Part shown: piece by piece, positions 45,503-53,938 of the stretch
How positions within the stretch are numbered: the stretch's first letter is position 1
Layout of the letters: every line of letters starts with the position of its first letter
Origin: Candidatus Eiseniibacteriota bacterium
GTDB taxonomy: Bacteria; Eisenbacteria; RBG-16-71-46; JABDJR01
Length of the DNA stretch: 64,000 nucleotides
NCBI GenBank assembly: GCA_963783375.1
Contig: CAWANH010000028.1
Coordinates: 1,389,670 to 1,453,669 of the forward strand
Direction of reading: 5' to 3'
Notes under the pieces: generated by a model
Told to the model about the DNA's origin: nothing
The model's input: the letters and a program-made list of their open reading frames with translations, nothing else
Databases searched by the model: none
Program-made: the position numbers and the translations under genes

Positions 45503-46419
45503 AGCGCCGGCAGGTGGGAAACGTGGCGGTCTCCGTTCATCAGCGCCTGCTCAACGAGGCGCGTGCGTCCGGCCGGCCATTCAATGAGCTACTCCAGTAC
45601 TTCGCCATGGAGCGATTCCTATTCCGGCTGTCCGCGTCGCCATACGCCGAGAGGTTTGTTCTGAAGGGGGCGCTCATGCTCGCGACGTGGGAGATCTCCC
45701 TCACGCGTCCCACCAAGGACATCGACCTACTGGGCAACGTGACCAACGACGTCGATCACATCGTGGCGATCGTGAAGGAAGTGTGCCGTCAAGAGGTCAC
45801 GCCGGACGGCCTGGACTTCGACCCGGAGAGGGTGCGTGGGGAGCAAATCGCCGAGGAAGCCGAGTACAACGGGGTGCGTGTCCGCTTTCAGGGGCGCCTC
45901 GGTACGGCGCGGATTTCCATGCAGATCGACATAGGCTTTGGTGACGCCGTGGTACCAGGCCCGGTGGCGGTCGAGTATCCCACGATGCTGGACCTTCCAG
46001 CTCCACGGATTCGCGCCTACACACAAGAGAGCGTGATCGCTGAGAAGTTCCACACCATGGTTCGCCGGGGACTCCTCAACAGCCGAATGAGGGATTTCTT
46101 CGATGTCTGGGCCCTATCGCGGCAGTTCGACTTCGATGGGCCGGTTCTGGCGGCAGCAATCCGCGAGACGTTCTCGCGGCGAGGGCAAGGCTTTGCTCCA
46201 CACCCCGTGGCGCTGACAAAGGAGTTCGCGGAGGATAGGTCGAAGGTGGCGCAGTGGCGGGGTCTTCTACGGAAGAGCCGCCTGCAGGGCGCGCCGGGCG
46301 AGCTGGCGGATGTGGTTGACGCCATTGCCGTCTTCCTCGGCCCGGTTGCAGAGGCCCTCTATGAGGATCGGGAGTTCCGAGGCCGTTGGGATGCGCCCGG
46401 TCCCTGGACGTTGGCGTGA
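45499..46419 (+). CDS. abiEii: AbiEii/AbiGii-family nucleotidyltransferase toxin
   Basis: DUF1814-type fold, with LLQYFAMERFLFRLSAS...KGALML and a nucleotidyltransferase-fold core. The GTGA overlap with abiEi is typical operon coupling. Confidence 0.75.
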   Translation: MKRRQVGNVAVSVHQRLLNEARASGRPFNELLQYFAMERFLFRLSASPYAERFVLKGALMLATWEISLTRPTKDIDLLGNVTNDVDHIVAIVKEVCRQEVTPDGLDFDPERVRGEQIAEEAEYNGVRVRFQGRLGTARISMQIDIGFGDAVVPGPVAVEYPTMLDLPAPRIRAYTQESVIAEKFHTMVRRGLLNSRMRDFFDVWALSRQFDFDGPVLAAAIRETFSRRGQGFAPHPVALTKEFAEDRSKVAQWRGLLRKSRLQGAPGELADVVDAIAVFLGPVAEALYEDREFRGRWDAPGPWTLA

Positions 46420-46572
46420 AGTCCGGTTCTCCCGCGGGAAGCGGGCGCCCATCTTCCCGGACGGGGGGACGACGCCGATGGGGTCATCCGGGGCGCAGAG
46501 CCAGCCCAGAAGGCAGCGGTTCCTTTCGGGCCCAGTTTCTCGCGGGTGCCGGCGACCTCGGCTTTCGTGGCG

Positions 46573-47164
46573 TGGGAGAGCCGTGAAACAAGTTCCCATC
46601 CGTACCACCGGTGCCGGGAAACGCCCTGCCGAACTGGTCTCCCTGCGTGAATACGCCCGCCGGCGGAGCATCTCCCACGTCGCGGTGATCCGTGCCATCC
46701 GCTCGGGCCGGATCTCGACCGTTGGCGGGAAGATCGACCCGAAAGTGGCCGACCGGGAATGGCGGGAGAACACCGACCCGTCGAAACCCCGAAGCCGGAT
46801 CACCGGCAGGCCGAATCACCGGCGACGACCCGGGGAACCGTCCACCCCGATGAACCTCGACGGCTACGGGGCCAGCGACACCACAGCGGCCGGTTACGCG
46901 AGGGCCCGCGCGGCGCGCGAGCTTTACCGGGCCCAGCTCCCGAAACTCGAGCTCGATTGCCGACGCGGAATCCTCGTCCGGGCCGACGAGGTCCGGCTCG
47001 GCGCCTTCAACGTGGCCCGGAAGGCCCGGGACCAGCTGATCGCTCTCCCGGGCCGTATGTCGGCCCGTATCGCGGCGGCCGGGGACCCGGTCGAGATTCG
47101 GCGGATCCTCAAGGAGGAAATCGAGCGGATCTGCCGGGAGATCGTGGACACAGGACCGCCGTGA
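46573..47164 (+). CDS. phage Nu1-like terminase small subunit / HTH DNA-packaging protein (orphan)
   Basis: N-terminal HTH AELVSLREYARRRSISHVAVIRAIRSGRISTVGGKIDPKVADREWREN resembles lambda Nu1. The C-terminal region is coiled. No large terminase nearby. Confidence 0.4.
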
Positions 47165-47286
47165 GGTCGGCGAGGCGGCCCGCTGCCCCGACGGGGGAAA
47201 TGGACCCAGGGGAGGGAGTACCCTCCGAGGCAGGGGCCGGCTCGGGTCACTATTGGGCGGACTTCCCCATCGAGCTGGTGTTCGTG

Positions 47287-47874
47287 CTACTGCGACGCTC
47301 TTGCCGACCGGAAGTAGAAGTCCAGCATGGCGCTCAGCGGGGCGGCATCCCGCTTCAGCCGGCTTCGAAGCGCCGCACCCTCCCAGCAGTCGACCAGTAG
47401 GCCCGCCATCTGCCGGGGATCGGAGCCGGCCGGGATGTCCCCGTTCCGGCGGGCCTCCTCCAGGCAGGCGGCCAGCCGCTCGGCGATCCCGGAGAAGCAC
47501 TCCTCGATCCTGGCCCGGAATGCGTCGCTGACCCCCGAGAGTTCCTGGCCGAGACCGCCGAGCAGGCAGCCCATGTAGCCCTCCTTCCGGTAGTGCTCCC
47601 GGGTCATCTCGAAGAAGTGACGCACCCGCTCAAGCGGGGGGCGGCGCGTGTCACCCAGGCAGGCATCCAGGCCGGCGTGCACCTCGCGCATGTACCGGTC
47701 GACGACCTGGAGCGCGAAGTCCTCCTTGTCCCTGAAGTGGTGGTAGAAGGAGCCCTTCGGGATCCCCGTGGCCTCCAGCAGGACCTGGACACCCAGCCCG
47801 TTGTACCCGTGCTCCAGGAGCATGGCCAACCCGGCGGTGAGCAGGCGATCCTTGGTCGGGTGCGTCGACTCCAT
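47287..47874 (-). CDS. TetR/AcrR family transcriptional regulator
   Basis: N-terminal HTH LLTAGLAMLLEHGYNGLGVQVLLEATGIPKGSFYHHFRDKE. Start assigned at the internal ATG at 47874. Confidence 0.8.
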   Translation of the reverse strand: MESTHPTKDRLLTAGLAMLLEHGYNGLGVQVLLEATGIPKGSFYHHFRDKEDFALQVVDRYMREVHAGLDACLGDTRRPPLERVRHFFEMTREHYRKEGYMGCLLGGLGQELSGVSDAFRARIEECFSGIAERLAACLEEARRNGDIPAGSDPRQMAGLLVDCWEGAALRSRLKRDAAPLSAMLDFYFRSARASQ

Positions 47875-47888
47875 TCTCGTGCGCGTTC

Positions 47889-48275
47889 CTACTTCTTGAC
47901 CTTCTCGATCATGTGGTTGATGACGTGGGTGTGTTCGGACTGGGGGCTGAACATCACGATCTCGGCATCGGCCTCGACGCGGACGTTGTGCCCGGGAGGC
48001 CAGTAGAAGAGGTCGTTCGCGTTGACCGACTCCTCCGCGCCGCTCGCGTCGATCGTGGTGATCCGGCCCCGGAGGACGTAGCCCCAGTGGGGGCACTGGC
48101 AGAGGTTCCCCTCCAGCCCTTCGAAGAGGGGGGTGGTATCGACACCCGCCGACAGGGTGAAGTACTCACCGCTGATCGCGCCGAACCCGCTCGCGTCTCC
48201 GAACCCCTTCTGCTGGCGGACCACGGCGCCGGGGATCTCCATCTGGACCTCGACATTGTCTTTCGCTATTCGCAT
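47889..48275 (-). CDS. cupin domain protein
   Basis: 128 aa from MRIAKDNVEVQM, with a conserved cupin barrel (GEYFTLSAG...HWGYVLRGR). RBS AAGGAG 8 nt upstream. First gene of an operon with the TetR gene. Confidence 0.7.
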   Translation of the reverse strand: MRIAKDNVEVQMEIPGAVVRQQKGFGDASGFGAISGEYFTLSAGVDTTPLFEGLEGNLCQCPHWGYVLRGRITTIDASGAEESVNANDLFYWPPGHNVRVEADAEIVMFSPQSEHTHVINHMIEKVKK

Positions 48276-48307
48276 GCCGGACTCTCCTTCAACTGGTTGT
48301 GGGGGCC

Positions 48308-48330
48308 TGACTAGACCGATCAGTCTAGTG
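48308..48330. promoter_or_regulatory. 7-bp-arm palindrome upstream of the cupin-TetR operon (candidate TetR operator)
   Basis: TGACTAGACcgatcaGTCTAGTG, with arms ACTAGAC / GTCTAGT. Confidence 0.4.
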
Positions 48331-48547
48331 GGGAAGGGTACACCACGCTCTGGCCGTGTCAAGGAAGATGCGGGGTGACCCGGCGGACCCGGGCGGGGAT
48401 GCACGCAGCTCCGATGGCCGCCGGTGCGATCCAGTATCCTCCACCGGTAAAGAGGGTTACGAGGTCGGGATGGCCGGATGACCGGGTGGCAATTGGCGAG
48501 CGCCGGCTCTCTCCGGGTGGAATACAAAGGTGCACGGGTGTACGTCG

Positions 48548-49516
48548 TCAACCCAAATGAGACAGCTCCGGTTCTGGGTTAAGAGAGACTTCGGTTCGGT
48601 AGAGCGCCGGCAGGATCCGTTCCTCCGGCGTGACCGACAGGCCCTGGTTCAGGCGGCACCGACGGCGTAGGGTCTGCCGCTTGAACTTCTCCCGGGCGGT
48701 CTCGATGTCCCGTCCCCGCCCGTAGTAGACATCCGCCGGCGTCAGGTTGTTCAGCGACTCGTGCACGCGCTCGTGGTTGTAGTACCTCACGAACCGCTCC
48801 AGCTCCGCCTCCAACTCCCACGGCAGGTAGTAGTTCTGGAGCTTCACCACGTTCTTCATCGTCCGGTGGTACCGCTCGATCTTCCCCTGGGTCATCGGGT
48901 GATAGGGCTTTCCCCGGGTGTGGGTCATGCCATGGCTCTGGAGGTACTCGGCCAGCTCCTTCGAGATGAAGCACGGACCGTAGTCGCTCAGGAGCCGGGG
49001 TCGGTGCCGGACCTCCACCCGGCGGACTCCGGTCCGCTCCAGGGCCACGTCCAGGACCTCGGTCACATCCTCGCTCGACATCCCGGTGAAGAGCTTCCAG
49101 GCCAGGATGTAGCGGCTGTAGTCGTCCAGCACCGTGAGCACGTAGTACCAGCCCCAGCCTACCACCTTGAAGTACGTGAAGTCGGTCTGCCAGAGCTCGT
49201 GGACCCGCCGGGTCGGCTGGTCGAACTGGTCCTTGGCCGAGATCAGCACGTAGGCCGGGCTCGTCACCAGGTCGTAGCTCTTCAGGATCCGGTAGACGCT
49301 GGACTCCGAAATGAAGAACCCGCCCCGGTCGGTGATCCGCCAGGCCAGCTCCCGCGGGGACAGATCCGGCTCCGCCAGCGCCTCTTCCACAACCTTCTCC
49401 CGCTCCACCTCTGGGATCCGGTTCCAGAACGGCCGGGGCCCGGCGGCTTCGGCTCCAGCCCCGCCGGGCCGCCGTCCACGTACGCCCCGTCCGGCGGATC
49501 GGCGAAAAGGGGACAT
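48548..49516 (-). CDS. IS3-family transposase OrfB (DDE integrase core)
   Basis: rve-type core from WQTDFTYFKV through LSDYGPCFISKE to the C-terminal ERVHESLNNLTPADVY. Its stop codon is supplied by flanking DNA 8 nt outside the IS end. Confidence 0.75.
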   Translation of the reverse strand: MSPFRRSAGRGVRGRRPGGAGAEAAGPRPFWNRIPEVEREKVVEEALAEPDLSPRELAWRITDRGGFFISESSVYRILKSYDLVTSPAYVLISAKDQFDQPTRRVHELWQTDFTYFKVVGWGWYYVLTVLDDYSRYILAWKLFTGMSSEDVTEVLDVALERTGVRRVEVRHRPRLLSDYGPCFISKELAEYLQSHGMTHTRGKPYHPMTQGKIERYHRTMKNVVKLQNYYLPWELEAELERFVRYYNHERVHESLNNLTPADVYYGRGRDIETAREKFKRQTLRRRCRLNQGLSVTPEERILPALYRTEVSLNPEPELSHLG

Positions 49517-50050
49517 TTCAGTTCGGCGAAATCGGGACAGCCGGGACCGGCGTTGACACCTCCACCAGGCGGATCGTCTACATCCGCTCCGCCGCCGTCG
49601 CCCTCACCGCGCCCCCAGGTCCTCGGGGTCCTCCCCCAACCCGGCTAAGTTTCTTTTTAACAGCTGGTTCCGCAGCGATAGGTCCGCCACCAGGTGCTTC
49701 AGCCGCCCGTTCTCCCGGCGCAACTCCGTCACGTCCCCGCTCGAGGCTTCCCGCTTGGTGTCGCCCATCAGCCGGCGCTTGCGCGCCTCCAGGAACTCCT
49801 TGCTCCAGTTGTAGTAGAGGTTCGGGCTGATCCCTTCCCGGCGGCAGAGCTCCGCGATGCTCTCCTCGCCCTTCAACCCCTCCAGCACGATCCGGATCTT
49901 GTCCTCGGCGGATTACCGGCGGCGGGTCTTCCGGCGGATCTGACGAACTCGAGCCTCTGGATCGGTTTGCTTCTCGGCCATGAAACACTCCTTTCGTGGC
50001 ACCAATGTACCGCAGAAGTGTCTCTTAACTCAGGCCCTGACTCTGTCCCA
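48558..50050 (-). mobile_element. IS3-family insertion sequence (1493 bp) with TG-initiated imperfect terminal inverted repeats; orfA is inactivated
   Basis: Left end TGAGACAGCTCCGGTTCTGGGTTAAGAGAGACTTCGG. Reverse complement of the right end TGGGACAGAGTCAGGGCCTGAGTTAAGAGACACTTCTG. orfA and orfB are internal. No clean target-site duplication. Confidence 0.7.
49604..49981 (-). pseudogene. IS3-family OrfA (HTH) with an in-frame TAA at codon 23
   Basis: From the ATG at 49981, MAEKQTDPEARVRQIRRKTRRR then TAA (49913-15), where a Tyr codon TAC is expected. This is followed by SAEDKIRIVLEGLKGEESIAELCRREGISPNLYYNWSKEF. The TTAAAAAGA slippery-like site near the 3' end leads into a -1 frame that terminates after 27 codons, not into orfB. 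Confidence 0.6.
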
Positions 50051-50203
50051 CTTAGTCTGACGCCGAACAAGGGAAGAAAGCTCCTGCCTGACACTGTGCC
50101 GCCCCCCCGCCTATCCGCTACAATCCGGTGTCCGCGCCATCCGTAGACGCGAGCTTCCGTACGTCCGAAGACTCATCGTTTCCTTCTTGGAGACCAGCAG
50201 GCC

Positions 50204-50920
50204 GTGAATGTGTATACGGTCCTCTCAGCTCTGCCAGCTGTCCTGGCCTTGGCTGGATTCCTTGCATACCAATTGCTACGGTACACCCATGCTGGTGATA
50301 ATATCACCAGGGACATTGTTGCGAAATTGCGACGAGAGCAACCCGAGATCGCAGACCGCTACGCACGCCTTTCACCCTCTCAGCTTCACAATCAACTCAA
50401 AGCAGATAGAGCATTACAACAAAAGATTAGCCAAATTGACTTCGAGCTTCTTAGGCAAGCACTGAGGCAACGGTTTCTTGAGTCTCTCTCAGTGTACGGC
50501 GCAACGCTCATTCTCTTCACTGTCGGCATTGTCGCGTTTGTCCGCACGATCTCGGCACGCCCTCTTCGTCTATCCGATTTCCACATCGAGAGCATAGATG
50601 ACCACGCGAAGGGTCTTGCTGTCGACACCGACACCTTGAGGGTTACCTGGAGGTCAGAAGGAACGTCCGCAGATGTGAGTTGCTATTTGCAAAATCTTCA
50701 GACTGGACGACGGTCGGACATTGAGCGCACTTCAGCAACCGAGCAAAATCTACTCTTTTCACCGACCTCCTACGTTGCTGTCCTTGATGCTCGGACCCGC
50801 GGATCATTCAATCGTATCCGGGCGGTTTTCACAGCCAGCAACAGTACATTTCAGTCTGAGGAATTCAAGCTGTACGTTGGGTTAACAATTCTCGCTTTCT
50901 ATGATTCCACAGACAATTAG
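50204..50920 (+). CDS. hypothetical 2-TM membrane protein in a low-GC (~50%) segment
   Basis: GTG start. TM at 8-25 (SALPAVLALAGFLAYQLL) and at ~100-120. No family recognised. Composition is atypical for this genome. Confidence 0.45.
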   Translation: MNVYTVLSALPAVLALAGFLAYQLLRYTHAGDNITRDIVAKLRREQPEIADRYARLSPSQLHNQLKADRALQQKISQIDFELLRQALRQRFLESLSVYGATLILFTVGIVAFVRTISARPLRLSDFHIESIDDHAKGLAVDTDTLRVTWRSEGTSADVSCYLQNLQTGRRSDIERTSATEQNLLFSPTSYVAVLDARTRGSFNRIRAVFTASNSTFQSEEFKLYVGLTILAFYDSTDN

Positions 50921-51207
50921 CTATGTGCCGCAGCACTGATTGATAACGCTTCGATTCCGTGGTACCACTTTCGTGCCAAACTGATAGTACAAAGGATTGG
51001 ACCTACCTTGGATTGGATTGGCTTTGGGGACTCGATGGCAAGCCCCAAGACCTGCTATCACGTGGCGTCGCCTGACTCCTTGGAGTGGTCAACCCTCGCT
51101 GTTGCATACTTTGGACCGGATGATGATCGCCTGGTTCGTTCTGAGATTTTGGTCGGTGACACAACCCCCGGTGTATCACCTGATTGAACTTTCATCCCGG
51201 ATCGTCG

Positions 51208-51420
51208 CTACATAGACCTTCTCGGCATCCCGGGCCACCCGGCTCTCCATGTCACCGCAAAGACGTAGGCCTGCTCATAGACCTTCTGCGGGTTCCCGGC
51301 GAAGTTGGTAACGACGAACCGGGGGTTGTCCTTGGGCCTTTTGCCGGGGGGCCAGTAGCCGCTCCGCCTTGTAGTCCACCGGGCGGCAGCGAGGCCAGGC
51401 TTGGGGTTAGTTGCTAGGTC
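51208..51420 (-). pseudogene. IS4-like DDE transposase C-terminal fragment
   Basis: KRPKDNPRFVVTNFAGNPQKVYEQAY resembles the IS4-family ...PKD..RFVVTNL...ELY..RW.IE (YREK) region and then degenerates. Lies in a low-GC intergenic stretch. Confidence 0.4.
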
Positions 51421-51485
51421 TGGCCGTGATAGCGTTGCGGCAGGTCCTTGCCTGAGGTTGAGGGCTTGTAATTGCCGATGACACA

Positions 51486-52025
51486 ATGAAGTCGAGGATT
51501 TGTGTAATCCTCTTGGTAGATGACGAGCGAGCCCGGGCGGGCAGGGGGGGGGTGCCACCCAGCCCCTTGGCAAAGGCACCCGTCCTGAGCGACACTCCCC
51601 ACGCAGACATTGAGCCTCTGTCAGCGGAGGTAAGCGTGGCGCGCAAATCGGCAGTAAAGAAGCGGATCAGCTCGGAACAGATTGGCCGAGCCTTTGAGAC
51701 GCTCAACGGTGATTCGGAGACTCGTCTCAAACGCCTCATGGACGAGACGGGTTTGGAGGCTGCGAAGCTCATCAAGATCCTGGTCACATATAGGGCGCGG
51801 CACTGGGTCCAGCAGGAGTTCCCCGGCTACGCCAGTGCAGGCGAAGGCCGGAAGCCGGCGAAGGACAAAGTCACAGTGTTGGCCGCACTCAACAAGGCTG
51901 GTTCCATCGTCCAAGCCGCGAAGCTGCTCAAGACCACCCCGATCACGCTCAACCGTTGGATCGGCTACTACAAGCTGAAGCAAATCATCGAGTACGGGGG
52001 CGAGAAGAAAATCTCCTGGAAGTAG
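51486..52025 (+). CDS. hypothetical protein with a C-terminal Fis-type HTH
   Basis: C-terminal VTVLAALNKAGSIVQAAKLLKTTPITLNRWIGYYKL resembles the NtrC/Fis HTH_8. Contains a G9 homopolymer (51544-51552) in its coding sequence. Confidence 0.45.
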   Translation: MKSRICVILLVDDERARAGRGGVPPSPLAKAPVLSDTPHADIEPLSAEVSVARKSAVKKRISSEQIGRAFETLNGDSETRLKRLMDETGLEAAKLIKILVTYRARHWVQQEFPGYASAGEGRKPAKDKVTVLAALNKAGSIVQAAKLLKTTPITLNRWIGYYKLKQIIEYGGEKKISWK

Positions 52026-52030
52026 GGCGG

Positions 52031-52282
52031 TCAGTCGTCCTCGTTCTCGAAATTGAGTTCGATATCCTCCGGTTGCAACCTGGGCAACGACCGATCAGGG
52101 AACGTCTCGCGTGCCCAGTTCTCGGCGTAGCGCACAGCCACGGCACGAATCACGGCCCGCCCCGGGAGCCCCGTGTGCTCCACGATCCGGGCGAGACGGC
52201 GCTCCGAGGGACCTTTCAGACTGAAGTACAGATCCGCCAACTCCCTACCGGTGAACGTCTTCGAGGCGTCGATCGGTAACAT
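52031..52282 (-). CDS. small hypothetical protein (83 aa)
   Basis: MLPIDASKTFTGRELADLYFSLKGPSERRLARIVEHTGLPGRAVIRAV... No family recognised. Convergent with the previous gene. Confidence 0.35.
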   Translation of the reverse strand: MLPIDASKTFTGRELADLYFSLKGPSERRLARIVEHTGLPGRAVIRAVAVRYAENWARETFPDRSLPRLQPEDIELNFENEDD

Positions 52283-52377
52283 CGTACCCCCAGTCGTTGA
52301 TCGCCCACCCCACCTCTCTGAAAACGACTGGGGAGACACGATTCGGAAAGAGACGTGTGGGCAGGTACAGAGAGTGT

Positions 52378-53202
52378 CTAGCGAGGAGCAGCGAGAACCG
52401 CTTCAAACCCGGATGGGGTCCGGTAGGTCACGGCGAGGAAGGTCCGCCCGGACGTTTCGCTGCCGACGGGCGTTCGAATCTGGAACCGGTCGCCCTCGGC
52501 TGGCAGTTCGCCCCAGGAAAGCGTTAACGCTGGCAACCTGAGGATCGCCAGCCGACAGTCCGAGGCCTCAGGAGGGATGGATGCCTGATAGGTGCCGCCT
52601 CCCTCGGTCCGGAACGAGACCGTGCGTCCGCCCTGGGTGGTAGCGGGCGGGACCGGCTCCCCCTCGACGACGATTCCCCCCTCAGTCCATCGGAGTCTCT
52701 GGCGGAAGGCCAAGAGAGCGGCTTCTCGGAAGTCTTGAGGTGGTCGTGTCTGGGTCGCCTTGGACCCACGAACCGCGTCCACTTGGAACTGCTCACCGTA
52801 GTAGGGCGTATCCGCCACGAAACTAAGGGCTTCCCCGGATGGGTGCCGGACGCCACGAGCCAGGCCAATGGCGACGGCCAGCACGGCCGCCAGGCCCATC
52901 AGGAGTTGGATCGTCCGGGAGGGCCTGCGCTTGCGCCGCCGTTTGGGCACCACGGGGCGCGGCAGGGTCTGGAACTTCAGGGTGCCGCGCGCGATGGCGG
53001 CCAGGCCGACAAGCTCCTCCCGGAGCTCTCCGGATTGCGCGAGGAGCTGTGTGATGCGCTCCCGGTCCTCGGGAGTTACCGTTCCGTCAAGATAGTCCTC
53101 CAAGAGCTCGAGATCCACCTCCTCCGGGGACGACCGGAGGGCGAGGGATCGGAGGGCCGCTGAGAGTTCGGTGTCCGTCATGTGCTTCGCTTCACGCGCC
53201 AT
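52378..53202 (-). CDS. putative membrane-anchored anti-sigma factor
   Basis: Cytoplasmic N-domain, a basic stretch, then a single TM helix IQLLMGLAAVLAVAIGLA. Periplasmic beta-rich C-domain. Starts 13 nt after the ECF sigma gene. Confidence 0.5.
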   Translation of the reverse strand: MAREAKHMTDTELSAALRSLALRSSPEEVDLELLEDYLDGTVTPEDRERITQLLAQSGELREELVGLAAIARGTLKFQTLPRPVVPKRRRKRRPSRTIQLLMGLAAVLAVAIGLARGVRHPSGEALSFVADTPYYGEQFQVDAVRGSKATQTRPPQDFREAALLAFRQRLRWTEGGIVVEGEPVPPATTQGGRTVSFRTEGGGTYQASIPPEASDCRLAILRLPALTLSWGELPAEGDRFQIRTPVGSETSGRTFLAVTYRTPSGFEAVLAAPR

Positions 53203-53214
53203 CGGTCATACCCT

Positions 53215-53856
53215 CTACCGTCCGAGTTCCACGGAGATCCCCGTCCGCTCCAGTTGCTCGGTGAGCTTCCTCCGGCAATAGCGAACCTGGTCCGAGAGCT
53301 TCTTGTTCTCACTTGGCCCGGCTCCCAGGAGAATCTGAAGCTCTTGGGGTGTGTAGCCCTCGGCCGCGGCCTTGAGGAGGAGCTGACACTGTGGCGAGAG
53401 ATGCTCCAAGGCCACCTCGACCTGCCGGAGGAGCTCCGCGAGTTCGGCTTGAACCTCGGGATCTGGCTCGGAGCTCTCAAGGGCCTCCAAGAGCTCACTT
53501 AGATCTTCGTGCCGGCGGTGCTGCTCGTATTTCATGCAATCCCGCGTGCGATTGCGAAGCACCGTCCAAAACCAGGAGGCGAAGGCCCGCCCCTTGTTTT
53601 CGTAGCTCCGCAACCGCCGGAAGTCATCCTCTCGAAGATCGAACAGAAGTTTTTGAAAGAGGTCAGCTTGATCCTCTTCGGACAGAGAACGAAAGATGGC
53701 TGGAGGTCGGAGCTGAACCAGCCGCCACGCATAGACATAAAGCTCTTCCCACGCCTTCTCGGGATTGGCGTCGAGCCAGTCCATGAAGGACGGCCAAGGA
53801 TCAGCGAGGATGGAAAAGGCGACAGGGTCCGTCCGGCCTGTCTCGACCTGAGACAT
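53215..53856 (-). CDS. ECF (sigma-70 family) RNA polymerase sigma factor with an N-terminal extension
   Basis: Region 2 DLFQKLLFDLREDDFRRLRSYENKGRAFASWFWTVLRNRTRDC. Region 4 CQLLLKAAAEGYTPQELQILLG...SDQVRYCRRKL. Start assigned at MSQVETGR (53856). Confidence 0.75.
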   Translation of the reverse strand: MSQVETGRTDPVAFSILADPWPSFMDWLDANPEKAWEELYVYAWRLVQLRPPAIFRSLSEEDQADLFQKLLFDLREDDFRRLRSYENKGRAFASWFWTVLRNRTRDCMKYEQHRRHEDLSELLEALESSEPDPEVQAELAELLRQVEVALEHLSPQCQLLLKAAAEGYTPQELQILLGAGPSENKKLSDQVRYCRRKLTEQLERTGISVELGR

Positions 53857-53938
53857 GCGCCAGACTGTAGTGACACTCGGCACCTCACTGCAATGCACAA
53901 TGCTGAGCCTCGCCTGTTTCCCCCATCGAGATAACGTT

